From Candidatus Saccharimonadales bacterium (lineage in GTDB: Bacteria > Patescibacteriota > Saccharimonadia > Saccharimonadales > DASZAF01): a stretch of 42,474 nt of DNA. A program made the position numbers and the translations under genes. The notes beneath the pieces were generated by a model. It was not told the DNA's origin, did not search any database, and was given only the letters and a program-made list of their open reading frames with translations. Positions 16,265-25,903 of this stretch are shown here, in pieces (position 1 is the stretch's first letter; each line of letters starts with the position of its first letter). The stretch is from the NCBI GenBank assembly GCA_035480055.1, contig DATIIB010000001.1, positions 183,453 through 225,926 on the forward strand, read 5' to 3'.

Positions 16265-16496
16265 AATAACAGGGGTACCTTAAATAGATTTCGCGCGAAA
16301 TAAGCTTAATCCACAAGAAAAAACTTCACGTGAAGTAGAACAAAATTAAAACACGTTACTGATCTTTATTTTCCACCTTTTTGTGTTTGTACCCCTAGAG
16401 TATCGCAAAGTAACACGGCATGCAACAGGGGAGTATGAGTTGACATTTGTATGTAGTTATGCTTAAGTAGAAGTACTTAATTGTAGGCACAAAATA

Positions 16497-16964
16497 ATGA
16501 CCAACAATAATCATTTTGAAGAACACAATCCTTATATCGGTCGTACACCGGAAGATACTGTTCCCACATCAGACGGGTCAGCATTGATCGGCAGCGCCGC
16601 AGCACGTAATGCAATCCAAGCAGCCCTTAATCCAGGCGGAGAAGCTCCAACGCCGCTTACCCCAAAGGAATTAGAAGCAAGAAGTGACCGCATACGAGAT
16701 TTATTGACAGGTGAAACAAAGCCTGAAGAGCAAGTTATCCCGCGAGCGCTAGTCCCTAAAGACCGACAGTTGGGGAGTATTGATGTAGGCGGTGTTCCAA
16801 CTACGCAACCTGGTGCACGACTGGTGCAGCAAAAAGATGGCAGTTATCAGCCACCGGCTATCGGGACGATTGGAGCGCCTGGCGAGCAGGTGCCGCTGGA
16901 TCAGACCACCCCAGAAGGCCGTCGGAAATACTTCGAGCGGGTCTTGAATAACGACGACAAATAA
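16497..16964 (+). CDS. Hypothetical protein (155 aa, Pro/Gly-rich, probably disordered)
   Basis: The ORF follows TTGACA-14 nt-TGcTTAAGT (16440-16468). I find no recognisable domain, and coding status is only moderately supported. Confidence 0.45.
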   Translation: MTNNNHFEEHNPYIGRTPEDTVPTSDGSALIGSAAARNAIQAALNPGGEAPTPLTPKELEARSDRIRDLLTGETKPEEQVIPRALVPKDRQLGSIDVGGVPTTQPGARLVQQKDGSYQPPAIGTIGAPGEQVPLDQTTPEGRRKYFERVLNNDDK

Positions 16965-16967
16965 GAG

Positions 16968-18029
16968 CTACATCGACAAACTAGGGTTGACCTGCAAACT
17001 AAAGGGGTCAACCTTTTCTTTGTGCAATGCCGCAAAGCAGCCGAGTGCAGCGATCATTGCGCCATTGTCGGTGCATAATTTGGGGGCAGCATATTCGATA
17101 GGGAAGGGGAGCCGTTCGCTGAGCTGGCGGCGCAGCTCTTGATTAGCGGCAACACCTCCGGCGATGACTACTGACTTTGGCCCAAACTCGTTGTAAGCTT
17201 TGACCGTTTTGTCCACCACGGTTTCGATGGCGATGCGTTGAAAACTAGCCGCAATATCATTACGCTGTGAGGCGCTCAGAAGCGCTGCAAGCTGCGTTGA
17301 TGGGAAGTCATATCCTTTGTCGCAAACTTGCTGAACTCGCCGGAGAACGGCTGTCTTAAGCCCAGAAAAGCTAAAATCGTATGGGTTGGACATGTGTGCT
17401 TTAGGAAAAGTGAAGGCTTGGGCGTTGCCCTCGGCTGCGGCTGCTGCAATTGAGGGCCCGCCGGGGTAGGGGAGTCCAATAATCTTGGCGACTTTATCAA
17501 AGGCTTCGCCAATGGCATCGTCTTGAGTTTGGCCAAGAAGCCGGTAATTAAAGTGATCTTCAAATAGCGCCAGCTGGCTGTGACCGCCGCTTACAATCAG
17601 GGCAAGCATGGGAAATTGTGGCATGGCACCCGGGGCAGGGGAGGGGAGCGACGCAGGATAGGCGGTGATGAAATTGGCATATATATGCGCCTCGACGTGA
17701 TTGATGGCGTACAGCGGCTTTTGCTTGAGGGTGGCGAGCGTTCGTGCGGTTAATGAACCAATGAGCAATGAGCCAACCAAGCCCGGGCCATAGGTCACCG
17801 CAATGCCATCGATGTCATCCCAACTCAGCGTTGCTTGGTCCAAAGCCTCTTGAATAACCGGGATCACCACTTCGATGTGACTTCGCGCGGCCACTTCTGG
17901 CACCACGCCGCCGTAGACTTTGTGGATATCGATCTGACTGTTGACGACATTGGCCAGCAAAGTTTGTCCATCCTGAACAATACCAACGGCAGTTTCGTCG
18001 CAACTACTTTCGATTCCCAAAATGATCAT
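16968..18029 (-). CDS. tsaD: tRNA N6-adenosine threonylcarbamoyltransferase TsaD
   Basis: MIILGIESSCDETAVGIV..., VEAHIYAN, SGGHSQL and GLPYPGGP are Kae1/TsaD signatures. Confidence 0.95.
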   Translation of the reverse strand: MIILGIESSCDETAVGIVQDGQTLLANVVNSQIDIHKVYGGVVPEVAARSHIEVVIPVIQEALDQATLSWDDIDGIAVTYGPGLVGSLLIGSLTARTLATLKQKPLYAINHVEAHIYANFITAYPASLPSPAPGAMPQFPMLALIVSGGHSQLALFEDHFNYRLLGQTQDDAIGEAFDKVAKIIGLPYPGGPSIAAAAAEGNAQAFTFPKAHMSNPYDFSFSGLKTAVLRRVQQVCDKGYDFPSTQLAALLSASQRNDIAASFQRIAIETVVDKTVKAYNEFGPKSVVIAGGVAANQELRRQLSERLPFPIEYAAPKLCTDNGAMIAALGCFAALHKEKVDPFSLQVNPSLSM

Positions 18030-18076
18030 TACAGGGGTAGTGTAGCGGAAAAAATGACTCTAGGCAACTGGACTCA

Positions 18077-21000
18077 TTACGAAGCGAGGGCGTACTGTTG
18101 GTGAACCTTGGGGCTGACCGCTTTGAGAATTGCCTGGAACGAGGTCGTGTTGAGCTTACCGGTGTGGGCAAAGACCCAGGTCTGACCTTCAAGTTTTACC
18201 AGACCAGGTTGCGACTGCTGGAGCTTTTGTGCCACGTTGTTTACGGTAGCGGGGTCGGTGAGGTCGAGGCCCAGCGGTTGCAACTGCGGAATCTTTTGTA
18301 AAGTTTCGCCAAAAGAAGCGTTGGCTTGATGCGCGACAAGCTCTTTGGGCAAATTCGAAAAGAGTGAATCCACCGAGTGGTCAGGGCTGGTCACGACTAA
18401 ATTGTGCATGGCTTGCAGATCGATATGCTTTTGCGTGGCTGCAGTGCTGACAATTTGCTCAAGCTGAGCCTGGGTAAGCTGGCCATTCGCGGGAAAGGTA
18501 AAGCCATTATTGTGCAGTTGTTGGGTTAGGGCAGCGTAGTCGTTATTGGTGACGCCAAGCGCGTTCAATTGAGACATCTTGGGGTAAAGGTTCTGAGCGA
18601 GCTCGGTGTCACTATGCACCGGAGCATGCTCAACCGCATTGCCAAACGAGACCTGGTCCAAAAGATGCGCGCTGGCAGCAGGATCGTTGCTGACGCGCAG
18701 ACCTTGGACTTCGGCGAGGTGTCGCATCACCACTTCATTGGCGGCGGGCGGCAATTGTCCAACAGAGTTAAAGCCATAAGCCTGAATGTGGCCACCGCTG
18801 TGTACGGCGTAGGCGATGGATTGGCCGTTGGCAAACTTCATGCGGCTGAGTTCTTTACCTGAGCGGAGCATGACTTCGCGGTATTGGTCTGGGGTAAGAT
18901 TGGTATTTTTGAAAGCAGGGCTGGCTTTGACGAGTCGATCAATGTGGTCGTAAAAACCTTCGTCTCGGGTGATTTCGCCAGCAGGGGAGTGGGTTTTAAT
19001 GTCGCTCAGCGCTTTGTCCATGTCGAGGCTTTTTCCTGGGGCAGGAGCACTGTTACCAGGGGTTGGCGCAACTGGATGACTCGGCACATCAGGAGCCGAT
19101 GGGCCAGTGGGATGTGACGAAGGTGTTCCAGTTGGTGAAGGAGAGGTTTTTGGCGCGCGTACTTCGTGAGAGCTTACCGAGTGGTGGCCGCCGCTGAAGG
19201 CGCCGTGTAAGTATTCGGCTGCGGCTGCACCAGCGATGACTGAGACCGCGGTGAATCCGAGGGCGCGTTTACGAGTGCGATTATCTTCTTTAAGCATTTC
19301 GCTAACACCACCTGCAATAAAGGCGGCTCGTTCACTGTTGGTCATAACTTCGACGGACGGTCGGTAGGATCTATCTCGTACCCACGGCATAACCCCCGCT
19401 ACTCCAGCGCCGATACCGCCACCGGCGAGTAGCATACTGAGTAGCTTACTTCCGCCAAGCTCCATGTTGGTAACCGAAGCGACTAAAGCTGCGCCTCCTA
19501 AGGCAAGTGTTTTGAGCGCTTTTGACTGGTCCTCGCTTTGAGTGCCTTCTCGCTCCATTCGGCCAGGGGCATAGCGACGACTAATGGCTGTGCTATAGCC
19601 ACGCACCGCGCGAAGAGCAGCTGTGCCGCCCGCGGTGGCCAAGCTAGCCGCAGCCGCGCCACCCGCTGCTGCGCCGATAAAGCCGATTCCACCAGTCAAC
19701 ACCAAACTTACAGCTGCAGCACCAACCGCTGTTTTGATTTTGTGCTTGCCCATGTATTCCAACGCTGCACCCTTAAGGCCGGTCTGCTCCAGAATTTGAA
19801 GCCGAGTTTCTTTGGCATCAAGCGAACGGAGAGTGTGGATGAATTCAGGGCTCCAATTATCGGTACCCTTCGGAAGGCTGATCAAAGCATCCTGATATGC
19901 GGTCACTTTTTCGTCAAACTCGGCTTGTAAAGCCCGTTGTTCTTTACGCGAAGCCCGTTGCATACGGACGCCAATTTCCAAAGCTTCTTTGCGCGCGCTG
20001 AGTGCCTCTGGGGTCAAACGAAACTGAATACCAGACGCCAGTGTTTCTTTGTCTAGCTTTTCGCGCCGCAGCTGCAATTCGCCACCACGTTTTTCGCGTT
20101 GATCGGTCAGTTTTTCTCCACCAAAGGCAACCAGTTTGCGGATGGCGGTGGTGCTAAGTTCTAGGGTTCCCGGGCGAGGAGTGGCGACTGCTTCTATTTT
20201 GGCAATGATGTTCAGCTCGTCGTCGCCTTTGCCGGCTACCCCCCTCTTGGTGACTAGCCTCTTCTCTGCATCACTTAGCGCCTTGGCTTTTTCTTCCGGA
20301 GTTGTTGTGGGGTCTTCCATAATTTCGCAGTAGGCAGGTGAGACGCGGCCGTCGGCCCAGTTAACGAGGTCGGCTGGATCGTTGGCGGCACCTTCGACTC
20401 CATCGGTACAGATTGCAAACTCGTCGCCTGGCTCGACATCGACGGTGACAATATGAAAGCCTTGGCGGATGTCCACCGGTCCTGCTGGCCCAACGCCCTC
20501 CGCATACTCAGCGTATCGCCCGCTCCAGCTGTTATACACCGTGTTCACTTTGCGAGGGTTTGGATCGTACGTCGTTGACTTGCCAGTTCGGACATCATTT
20601 GCCGAAACCGATTCCTCGGGGTTGAGCCGCACAGTACGGCGAACAGTCTTGGTGGGATCATCCGGATCAACATCATTAAAAGTGCGAGTGATAATAATAT
20701 CGCCAGCGCCACCCACAACCGCGTACTGCTTGCCCTGTTTGTCGGTGCAGAATTTAATCAATCCACCAACAGTTGAACTTCCTTTGTGGATATCGCCAGC
20801 TTCTTTTTTTCGATACAGCTCCTCGTCGACTTTTTGCATGCCTTCAACAATTCGCTTCTCGGCAATATTGCGCGGCACACCTCTCCATTGGTCACCGAAG
20901 TAATCGCCAAAGCGGTTAGAGACGAACTCAGCGGCTGCGCCGCCATCACCAGTACTGACGCCATCACACACAGAAAGAAGTCCTTTTTCTTCGTCGTAGT

Positions 21001-21136
21001 AGCCTTTGTCTTGAGTCTCGACCTTATTACGGCCAGTCTTGCGATATTCGCCCACCGATAAGCGAAGCTTCCGCTCGGCGGAGGCTTCCTTCTCAGGGGT
21101 TGGTGCGACTGGAGGCGCAGGTGCTTGGGGTGCCAT
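18077..21136 (-). CDS. Large membrane protein: N-terminal PP2C/PPM-like phosphatase domain, coiled-coil, Gly/Ala-rich TM region, Pro-rich linker, C-terminal triple repeat
   Basis: PPM-like motif order: SVCDGVSTGDGG, GSSTVGG, VGGAGDIIITR, AICTDGV. TM-like segments include AVGAAAVSLVLTGGIGFIGAAAGG and others. The Pro-rich linker is PTGTPSSHPTGPSAPDVPSHPVAPTPGNSAPAP. Confidence 0.55.
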   Translation of the reverse strand: MAPQAPAPPVAPTPEKEASAERKLRLSVGEYRKTGRNKVETQDKGYYDEEKGLLSVCDGVSTGDGGAAAEFVSNRFGDYFGDQWRGVPRNIAEKRIVEGMQKVDEELYRKKEAGDIHKGSSTVGGLIKFCTDKQGKQYAVVGGAGDIIITRTFNDVDPDDPTKTVRRTVRLNPEESVSANDVRTGKSTTYDPNPRKVNTVYNSWSGRYAEYAEGVGPAGPVDIRQGFHIVTVDVEPGDEFAICTDGVEGAANDPADLVNWADGRVSPAYCEIMEDPTTTPEEKAKALSDAEKRLVTKRGVAGKGDDELNIIAKIEAVATPRPGTLELSTTAIRKLVAFGGEKLTDQREKRGGELQLRREKLDKETLASGIQFRLTPEALSARKEALEIGVRMQRASRKEQRALQAEFDEKVTAYQDALISLPKGTDNWSPEFIHTLRSLDAKETRLQILEQTGLKGAALEYMGKHKIKTAVGAAAVSLVLTGGIGFIGAAAGGAAAASLATAGGTAALRAVRGYSTAISRRYAPGRMEREGTQSEDQSKALKTLALGGAALVASVTNMELGGSKLLSMLLAGGGIGAGVAGVMPWVRDRSYRPSVEVMTNSERAAFIAGGVSEMLKEDNRTRKRALGFTAVSVIAGAAAAEYLHGAFSGGHHSVSSHEVRAPKTSPSPTGTPSSHPTGPSAPDVPSHPVAPTPGNSAPAPGKSLDMDKALSDIKTHSPAGEITRDEGFYDHIDRLVKASPAFKNTNLTPDQYREVMLRSGKELSRMKFANGQSIAYAVHSGGHIQAYGFNSVGQLPPAANEVVMRHLAEVQGLRVSNDPAASAHLLDQVSFGNAVEHAPVHSDTELAQNLYPKMSQLNALGVTNNDYAALTQQLHNNGFTFPANGQLTQAQLEQIVSTAATQKHIDLQAMHNLVVTSPDHSVDSLFSNLPKELVAHQANASFGETLQKIPQLQPLGLDLTDPATVNNVAQKLQQSQPGLVKLEGQTWVFAHTGKLNTTSFQAILKAVSPKVHQQYALAS

Positions 21137-21283
21137 AAAGATATATTTCGAGGTTACTTAATCGGAAGTATTTAAGCATAATAGTCACTCGAGGTCAATT
21201 ACGAAACAACATTGGAACAAAAACGCAATACTCCAACAAAGTCGGCTCATTACCTGCAGTCTGATGCGTTATAGTAAAAGTGT

Positions 21284-22582
21284 ATGCAGCATCTCAAACG
21301 AACTCTCAAACGAATCCTCCCACCGTCCCTTAAACGCCTGGCGGCCAATTGGTATCACTTGGGTGAGGCGATTGCCGCGAATGTTCGGTACGGATTCCCG
21401 GCTCGTGGCAAGCACGTCATTATGATCACCGGCACGAATGGCAAAACCACCACAGCCGCCTTTTTAATTAAGATTCTCCAAGCTGGCGGTCATATCGTTG
21501 GCGCCAGCACGACCGCCTTTTACCAAATTGGTGACGAAACCATTCCCAATGCCGAAAACATGACCACCAACAACGTCTTTAAAGTACAAGAGCTGCTGCA
21601 CCGCATGAAAAAAGCCGGCTGCGATTATATTGTGATGGAAACCACCTCGCATGCGTTGGTTCAGCACCGGGTGTGGGGCATTCCGTGCGAAGTGGCCGTG
21701 ATGACCAACCTCACTCAAGACCACTTGGATTATCATGGCACGATGGAAAATTACGCTGCCGCCAAAGCCAAGCTGTTTGCCCGCGAGCCGCGCTTTATTG
21801 TGCTGAATCACGACGACGAATGGTTTGACTATTACAATGAGTATCCGGCCAAAGAGCTCAAAATGAACTACGGCACCGACCCGGACGCTGAATGTCGCAT
21901 TACGAATGTTCGTCTGCGCCGCGAGGGGAGCGACGTGCAGCTACAGATTGATAAAACGGTTGAGCTGGACTTCAGTACCAACTTGGCGGGCAAGTTTAAT
22001 GTCTATAATGCCACGGCTGCTGCCGCCACCGCATACCTGTTGCACGTTGACCTGCATCACATTAGCCAAGGAGTGCGAGCGCTCACCAGCGTGCCGGGCC
22101 GGCTGGAACGCATCGACGAAGGGCAGAACTTTGAGGTGGTGGTGGATTACGCCCACACCGAGGACGCGCTCAAGAATTTGCTTGAGACACTGCGCGGATT
22201 GACCAAGAATCGTCTGATTTTAGTGTTCGGCGCCACCGGCGATCGCGACAAAACCAAACGCCCGATTATGGGCGAAGTGGCCGTGGCCTATGCCGATCGC
22301 ATTGTGCTCACCGACGACGAACCATATACCGAAAACCCAGATGTCATTCGCGATGACGTTCGTCGTGGCATTGAACGAGCCGGCGGCGGCGCCAAAACCG
22401 ATGAGATCGGCGACCGCAAAGCTGCGATCGAAAAAGCGATTGGCATTGCCCGCAAAGGCGACATCATTGCCATCACCGGCATGGGTCACGAACAATTCCG
22501 GGTGATTGGAGACGGCGAGAAGATTGCGTGGAATGATGGCGCAGTGGCACGGGAGATTTTGCGTGCTCGACCTCACCAGTAG
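21284..22582 (+). CDS. murE: Mur ligase family protein, MurE-like (UDP-MurNAc-L-Ala-D-Glu:diamino-acid ligase)
   Basis: P-loop ITGTNGKTTT, VMETTSHAL and VDYAHTEDALKNLL. At 432 aa it is shorter at the N-terminus than typical MurE. Confidence 0.75.
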   Translation: MQHLKRTLKRILPPSLKRLAANWYHLGEAIAANVRYGFPARGKHVIMITGTNGKTTTAAFLIKILQAGGHIVGASTTAFYQIGDETIPNAENMTTNNVFKVQELLHRMKKAGCDYIVMETTSHALVQHRVWGIPCEVAVMTNLTQDHLDYHGTMENYAAAKAKLFAREPRFIVLNHDDEWFDYYNEYPAKELKMNYGTDPDAECRITNVRLRREGSDVQLQIDKTVELDFSTNLAGKFNVYNATAAAATAYLLHVDLHHISQGVRALTSVPGRLERIDEGQNFEVVVDYAHTEDALKNLLETLRGLTKNRLILVFGATGDRDKTKRPIMGEVAVAYADRIVLTDDEPYTENPDVIRDDVRRGIERAGGGAKTDEIGDRKAAIEKAIGIARKGDIIAITGMGHEQFRVIGDGEKIAWNDGAVAREILRARPHQ

Positions 22583-22620
22583 AGTTCGTTAAGAGCGGCC
22601 ATCTCGCTTAAGTCTCTTTT

Positions 22621-22629
22621 TGCTACAAT
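22621..22629 (+). promoter_or_regulatory. Extended -10 (TGcTACAAT) 6 nt before the ATG at 22636 (leaderless)
   Basis: TGcTACAAT, then aagagt, then ATG. Confidence 0.5.
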
Positions 22630-22635
22630 AAGAGT

Positions 22636-23967
22636 ATGCAAAGTATCTTCAAAGCCTACGATATCAGAGGTAAAGTGGGGACCGAGCTGACGCCAGATCT
22701 GGCGAAGCGGGTCGGACGGGCACTGGCCGATTGGTTGCCAACAAGCGGCGCGGTGGTGGTCGGGCGTGACATGCGGCCTGACTCGGCAGATTTGGCCACG
22801 GCGCTGACTGACGGCCTGCGTTTGCAGGGTCGCGAGGTGATTGATATTGGTGAAGTTACCACTGACATGATGTATTTTGCGGTTGGTCGTCTTGGGCTCG
22901 CTGGCGGGGCAGTGGTCACGGCCAGTCATAATGGCGGCGAATATAACGGCATCAAGATCTACCGCGACGGCGTGACGCCAGTTGGGCTGGATGGGGGATT
23001 GGATGAAATCCGCGACTTGGCTTTGGCCAACGATTTTGTGCCTGCGACCAAGGAAGGCGCCCTGACGCACACCGATATTTCGCGCGATTGGGTCACGCAT
23101 GCCCTGAACTTTGTGGATAGCATTCATTGGCCACGCATGAAAGTGGCGATCGACGCGGGCAATGGCATGGCCGGTGCGATTTTGCCCAAAATTCTGCCCG
23201 TGCTGCCATTGGATGTGACGGCATTATATTTTGATTTGGATGGAACATTCCCTAACCACGAGGCCAATCCTCAAAACCCCGACAACCTTACAGACCTCAT
23301 AAAGGCAGTCAAAGAAAAAAACTGCGAGTTCGGCATTGCCTTTGATGGCGATGGCGACCGTGCGGCGCTGGTGGATGACCTGGGCAAGCCAGTGCTCGGC
23401 ACCGATATGATCACGCTCATTGCGCATGCGTACTTGCGCAAATATCCGCATGCGGAAATCATTCATGATGTTCGTACCAGCAGAGCCACCATTGAATGGA
23501 TTCGCCAGTGGGGCGGCAAGCCAGTACGCGCCAAGGCTGGTCGGGTCAGTATTGGCCGTGTCCTTCGCGAACGCGGTGCGCCCTTTGGTGGTGAAACCAC
23601 TGGCCATCTCTTTTTTGCTGATAATTATGATGCCGATTCTGGTTTGATCGCAGCATTGATGGCGATTCAGGCCATTGTGCTTGAAGGCAAAAAGCTTTCT
23701 GAAATCATTGATGAATATCGCACATATGAGATGATTTCCGAGACTAATTTTACCGTCCAAAGTCCAGGGGAAGCGCTCAAAGCACTGGCCGAAGCCTTCA
23801 ACGATGGCGAACAAGATTGGCTCGATGGTCTGACGGTTAACTACGCGCACGCCTGGTTCAACATGCGCGCCAGCAATACCGAACCATTGATCCGCCTAAA
23901 CGCCGAGGCCAAAACCAAAAAGGAACTGAATGAGCTGGTGGATCGAATACAGAAAGTGCTACAGTAA
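22636..23967 (+). CDS. Phosphomannomutase/phosphoglucomutase (alpha-D-phosphohexomutase family)
   Basis: The N-terminus FKAYDIRG, active-site TASHNGGEYNGIK and metal loop FDGDGDR. Confidence 0.88.
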   Translation: MQSIFKAYDIRGKVGTELTPDLAKRVGRALADWLPTSGAVVVGRDMRPDSADLATALTDGLRLQGREVIDIGEVTTDMMYFAVGRLGLAGGAVVTASHNGGEYNGIKIYRDGVTPVGLDGGLDEIRDLALANDFVPATKEGALTHTDISRDWVTHALNFVDSIHWPRMKVAIDAGNGMAGAILPKILPVLPLDVTALYFDLDGTFPNHEANPQNPDNLTDLIKAVKEKNCEFGIAFDGDGDRAALVDDLGKPVLGTDMITLIAHAYLRKYPHAEIIHDVRTSRATIEWIRQWGGKPVRAKAGRVSIGRVLRERGAPFGGETTGHLFFADNYDADSGLIAALMAIQAIVLEGKKLSEIIDEYRTYEMISETNFTVQSPGEALKALAEAFNDGEQDWLDGLTVNYAHAWFNMRASNTEPLIRLNAEAKTKKELNELVDRIQKVLQ

Positions 23968-23994
23968 ATCTACTGACAAGGAGAGCTAAGAGCC

Positions 23995-25560
23995 ATGACA
24001 ACACTTCGTGATTCACTGACCTACGAACCTTCTGAACTCAAATTTGGCACCTCGGGCTTGCGCGCGCTGGTGACTGATATGACTGACCTGGAATGCTACA
24101 TTAACACGCTGGGCTTTTTGGCCTTTGCGGCTGAGCTTGGTCATCTGCAAGCGGGAGGTGGCGTGGTGTATGTTGCGGGTGATCTTCGGCACAGTACGCC
24201 GCGGATTTTGCGAGCAGTCTATAAAGCAGTGGTGGATGCTGGGTACGAACCGGTCTATTGCGGCTTGGTGCCAACCCCGACCATTGCCTATTACGCCTTA
24301 GTAAAACATGCACCCTGTGTCATGGTGACCGGCAGCCATATTCCCGAGGATCGCAATGGCATCAAGTTCCACAAAGCCGATGGCGAGGTCCTCAAGGAAG
24401 ACGAAGCGGCCATCAAAGAAGCGGTTGCGGCTGTTCGTGCTAACACCTACAAACTCGACGCGGCTGCCGCGCCTTTTGACGAAAACGGCATGTTGCTTGA
24501 ACCGCCAACGTTGCCCGAAGCCGACCCCGAAGCAGGCGCGCTGTACCGCGAACGCTACACGGCGGTGTTTGCGCCAGATACTTTTGCTGGTAAAAAGATT
24601 GTTTTTTACCAGCATTCAGCTGTGGGACGCGATTCATTAATTGAAATCTTGGAAGCGCTTGGTGCTGAAGTGGTTCCGGTTGGCCGGAGCGAAAAGTTTA
24701 TTCCAATCGATACCGAAAACGTGACCCCTGCAGATCAAAAATATTTTAGGCAGCTGGCGGCCGAACATCCCGACGCCTTTGCGATCGTCTCGACCGATGG
24801 CGATAGCGACCGACCATTCCTGATTGATCATGAGGGCACCTTTAACCGCGGCGACGTCCTTGGGGCGGTGGTCGCAGATTGGCTGAAAGCTGACTTTGCC
24901 GCCTATCCGGTGAGCAGCAGCGACGCCACTGACGAATATCTGCAGACCAAAGGCGTGGCAGTGCAACATACCAAGATTGGATCGCCGTATATTATTTCGG
25001 CCATGCAAGCGGCGCAGCAAAGCGGCAAGCAGCGCATTGTGGGTTGGGAAGTGAACGGCGGTTTTATGCTGGGCTGTGACTTTGAGTTGCAAGGTAAAAA
25101 GCTAACCGCCCTACCGACTCGTGATGCTCTTTTTCCGATTATGTGTGCGATGGCGGCCGCGATCGAAGGCAACCAATCGGTTAAAGAACTCTTTTTGACT
25201 TTGCCACAGCGCTTTAGCCAGGCTGGGCTAATCAATAACTTTCCGACTGAAGTTTCGCTGCAGATTTTGGAGCACTTTTCCAAAGACAACGAAGAGACTC
25301 GCCGCCACATTGAGCAATACTTTTCGCCCGAACGCGGTTTTGGCCGAGTGAAGGAAATCGTGACCCTGGATGGCCTACGCATTACCTTTGATAACGGTGA
25401 CATTGCGCACATGCGACCTTCGGGCAACGCGCCGCAACTACGTTGTTACAGCGTGGCCGATTCCCAGGAGCGGGCTGATGAAATTGTGGCCCTGGCCCTG
25501 GCCGAACCAGACGGCATCTTCCGCACTATAGAGGCTGATCTTAAAACTCTGCAGGGGTAA
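23995..25560 (+). CDS. Second alpha-D-phosphohexomutase family protein (521 aa)
   Basis: AAGGAGAG RBS, FGTSGLR, VTGSHIPEDRNGIKF and STDGDSDRP. Confidence 0.85.
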   Translation: MTTLRDSLTYEPSELKFGTSGLRALVTDMTDLECYINTLGFLAFAAELGHLQAGGGVVYVAGDLRHSTPRILRAVYKAVVDAGYEPVYCGLVPTPTIAYYALVKHAPCVMVTGSHIPEDRNGIKFHKADGEVLKEDEAAIKEAVAAVRANTYKLDAAAAPFDENGMLLEPPTLPEADPEAGALYRERYTAVFAPDTFAGKKIVFYQHSAVGRDSLIEILEALGAEVVPVGRSEKFIPIDTENVTPADQKYFRQLAAEHPDAFAIVSTDGDSDRPFLIDHEGTFNRGDVLGAVVADWLKADFAAYPVSSSDATDEYLQTKGVAVQHTKIGSPYIISAMQAAQQSGKQRIVGWEVNGGFMLGCDFELQGKKLTALPTRDALFPIMCAMAAAIEGNQSVKELFLTLPQRFSQAGLINNFPTEVSLQILEHFSKDNEETRRHIEQYFSPERGFGRVKEIVTLDGLRITFDNGDIAHMRPSGNAPQLRCYSVADSQERADEIVALALAEPDGIFRTIEADLKTLQG

Positions 25561-25888
25561 AGGTAGTGACGGCTTGAAAACTCGCTTCTTGGGTAACACG
25601 GCTGGAGAGGGTTCCTGCTTGCACCTTTCCTTCGGGATCATCAAGGAGTTGCACCTTGACGCGCATCGTATAGCTTCCTAGGGGCGCTTCTGTATTTTTC
25701 TCGATAGTCTCTGGAAAGGTTTGCACAATCGTCGCCTTCACCGTAGTTTGGCCGTCAGCTGATGGCAGCTTTACATTAATAGTAAGACGATCCGGGTCGT
25801 TATCGTCTAGGGAATTGTAGCGCGGATCTCTTAAGAGCAAAATCGCTGTTAAGCCGCTTGTTTCTTCTTGGGAAAATTCTGGACTCAT
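25541..25888 (-). CDS. Hypothetical protein (115 aa)
   Basis: The ORF has TGaTACCAT 6 nt before the ATG. Its 3' end overlaps the convergent phosphohexomutase by 20 nt. I find no recognisable domain. Confidence 0.45.
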   Translation of the reverse strand: MSPEFSQEETSGLTAILLLRDPRYNSLDDNDPDRLTINVKLPSADGQTTVKATIVQTFPETIEKNTEAPLGSYTMRVKVQLLDDPEGKVQAGTLSSRVTQEASFQAVTTFTPAEF

Positions 25889-25896
25889 GTCAAAAT
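25888..25896 (+). promoter_or_regulatory. Extended -10 (TGtCAAAAT) 6 nt before the ATG at 25903 (leaderless)
   Basis: TGtCAAAAT, then ggtatc, then ATG. It lies inside the first codons of the divergent gene. Confidence 0.4.
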
Positions 25897-25903
25897 GGTA
25901 TCA
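25895..25903 (-). promoter_or_regulatory. Extended -10 (TGaTACCAT) 6 nt before the ATG at 25888 (leaderless)
   Basis: On the minus strand: TGaTACCAT, then tttgac, then ATG. It overlaps the opposing -10 by 2 nt. Confidence 0.4.

Noticed and set aside
16265-16400. T-box riboswitch upstream of valS
   Set aside because: The leader lacks the conserved T-box sequence (AGGGTGGTACCGCG-like) and has no specifier or antiterminator architecture. Only a coincidental GGTACC is present.
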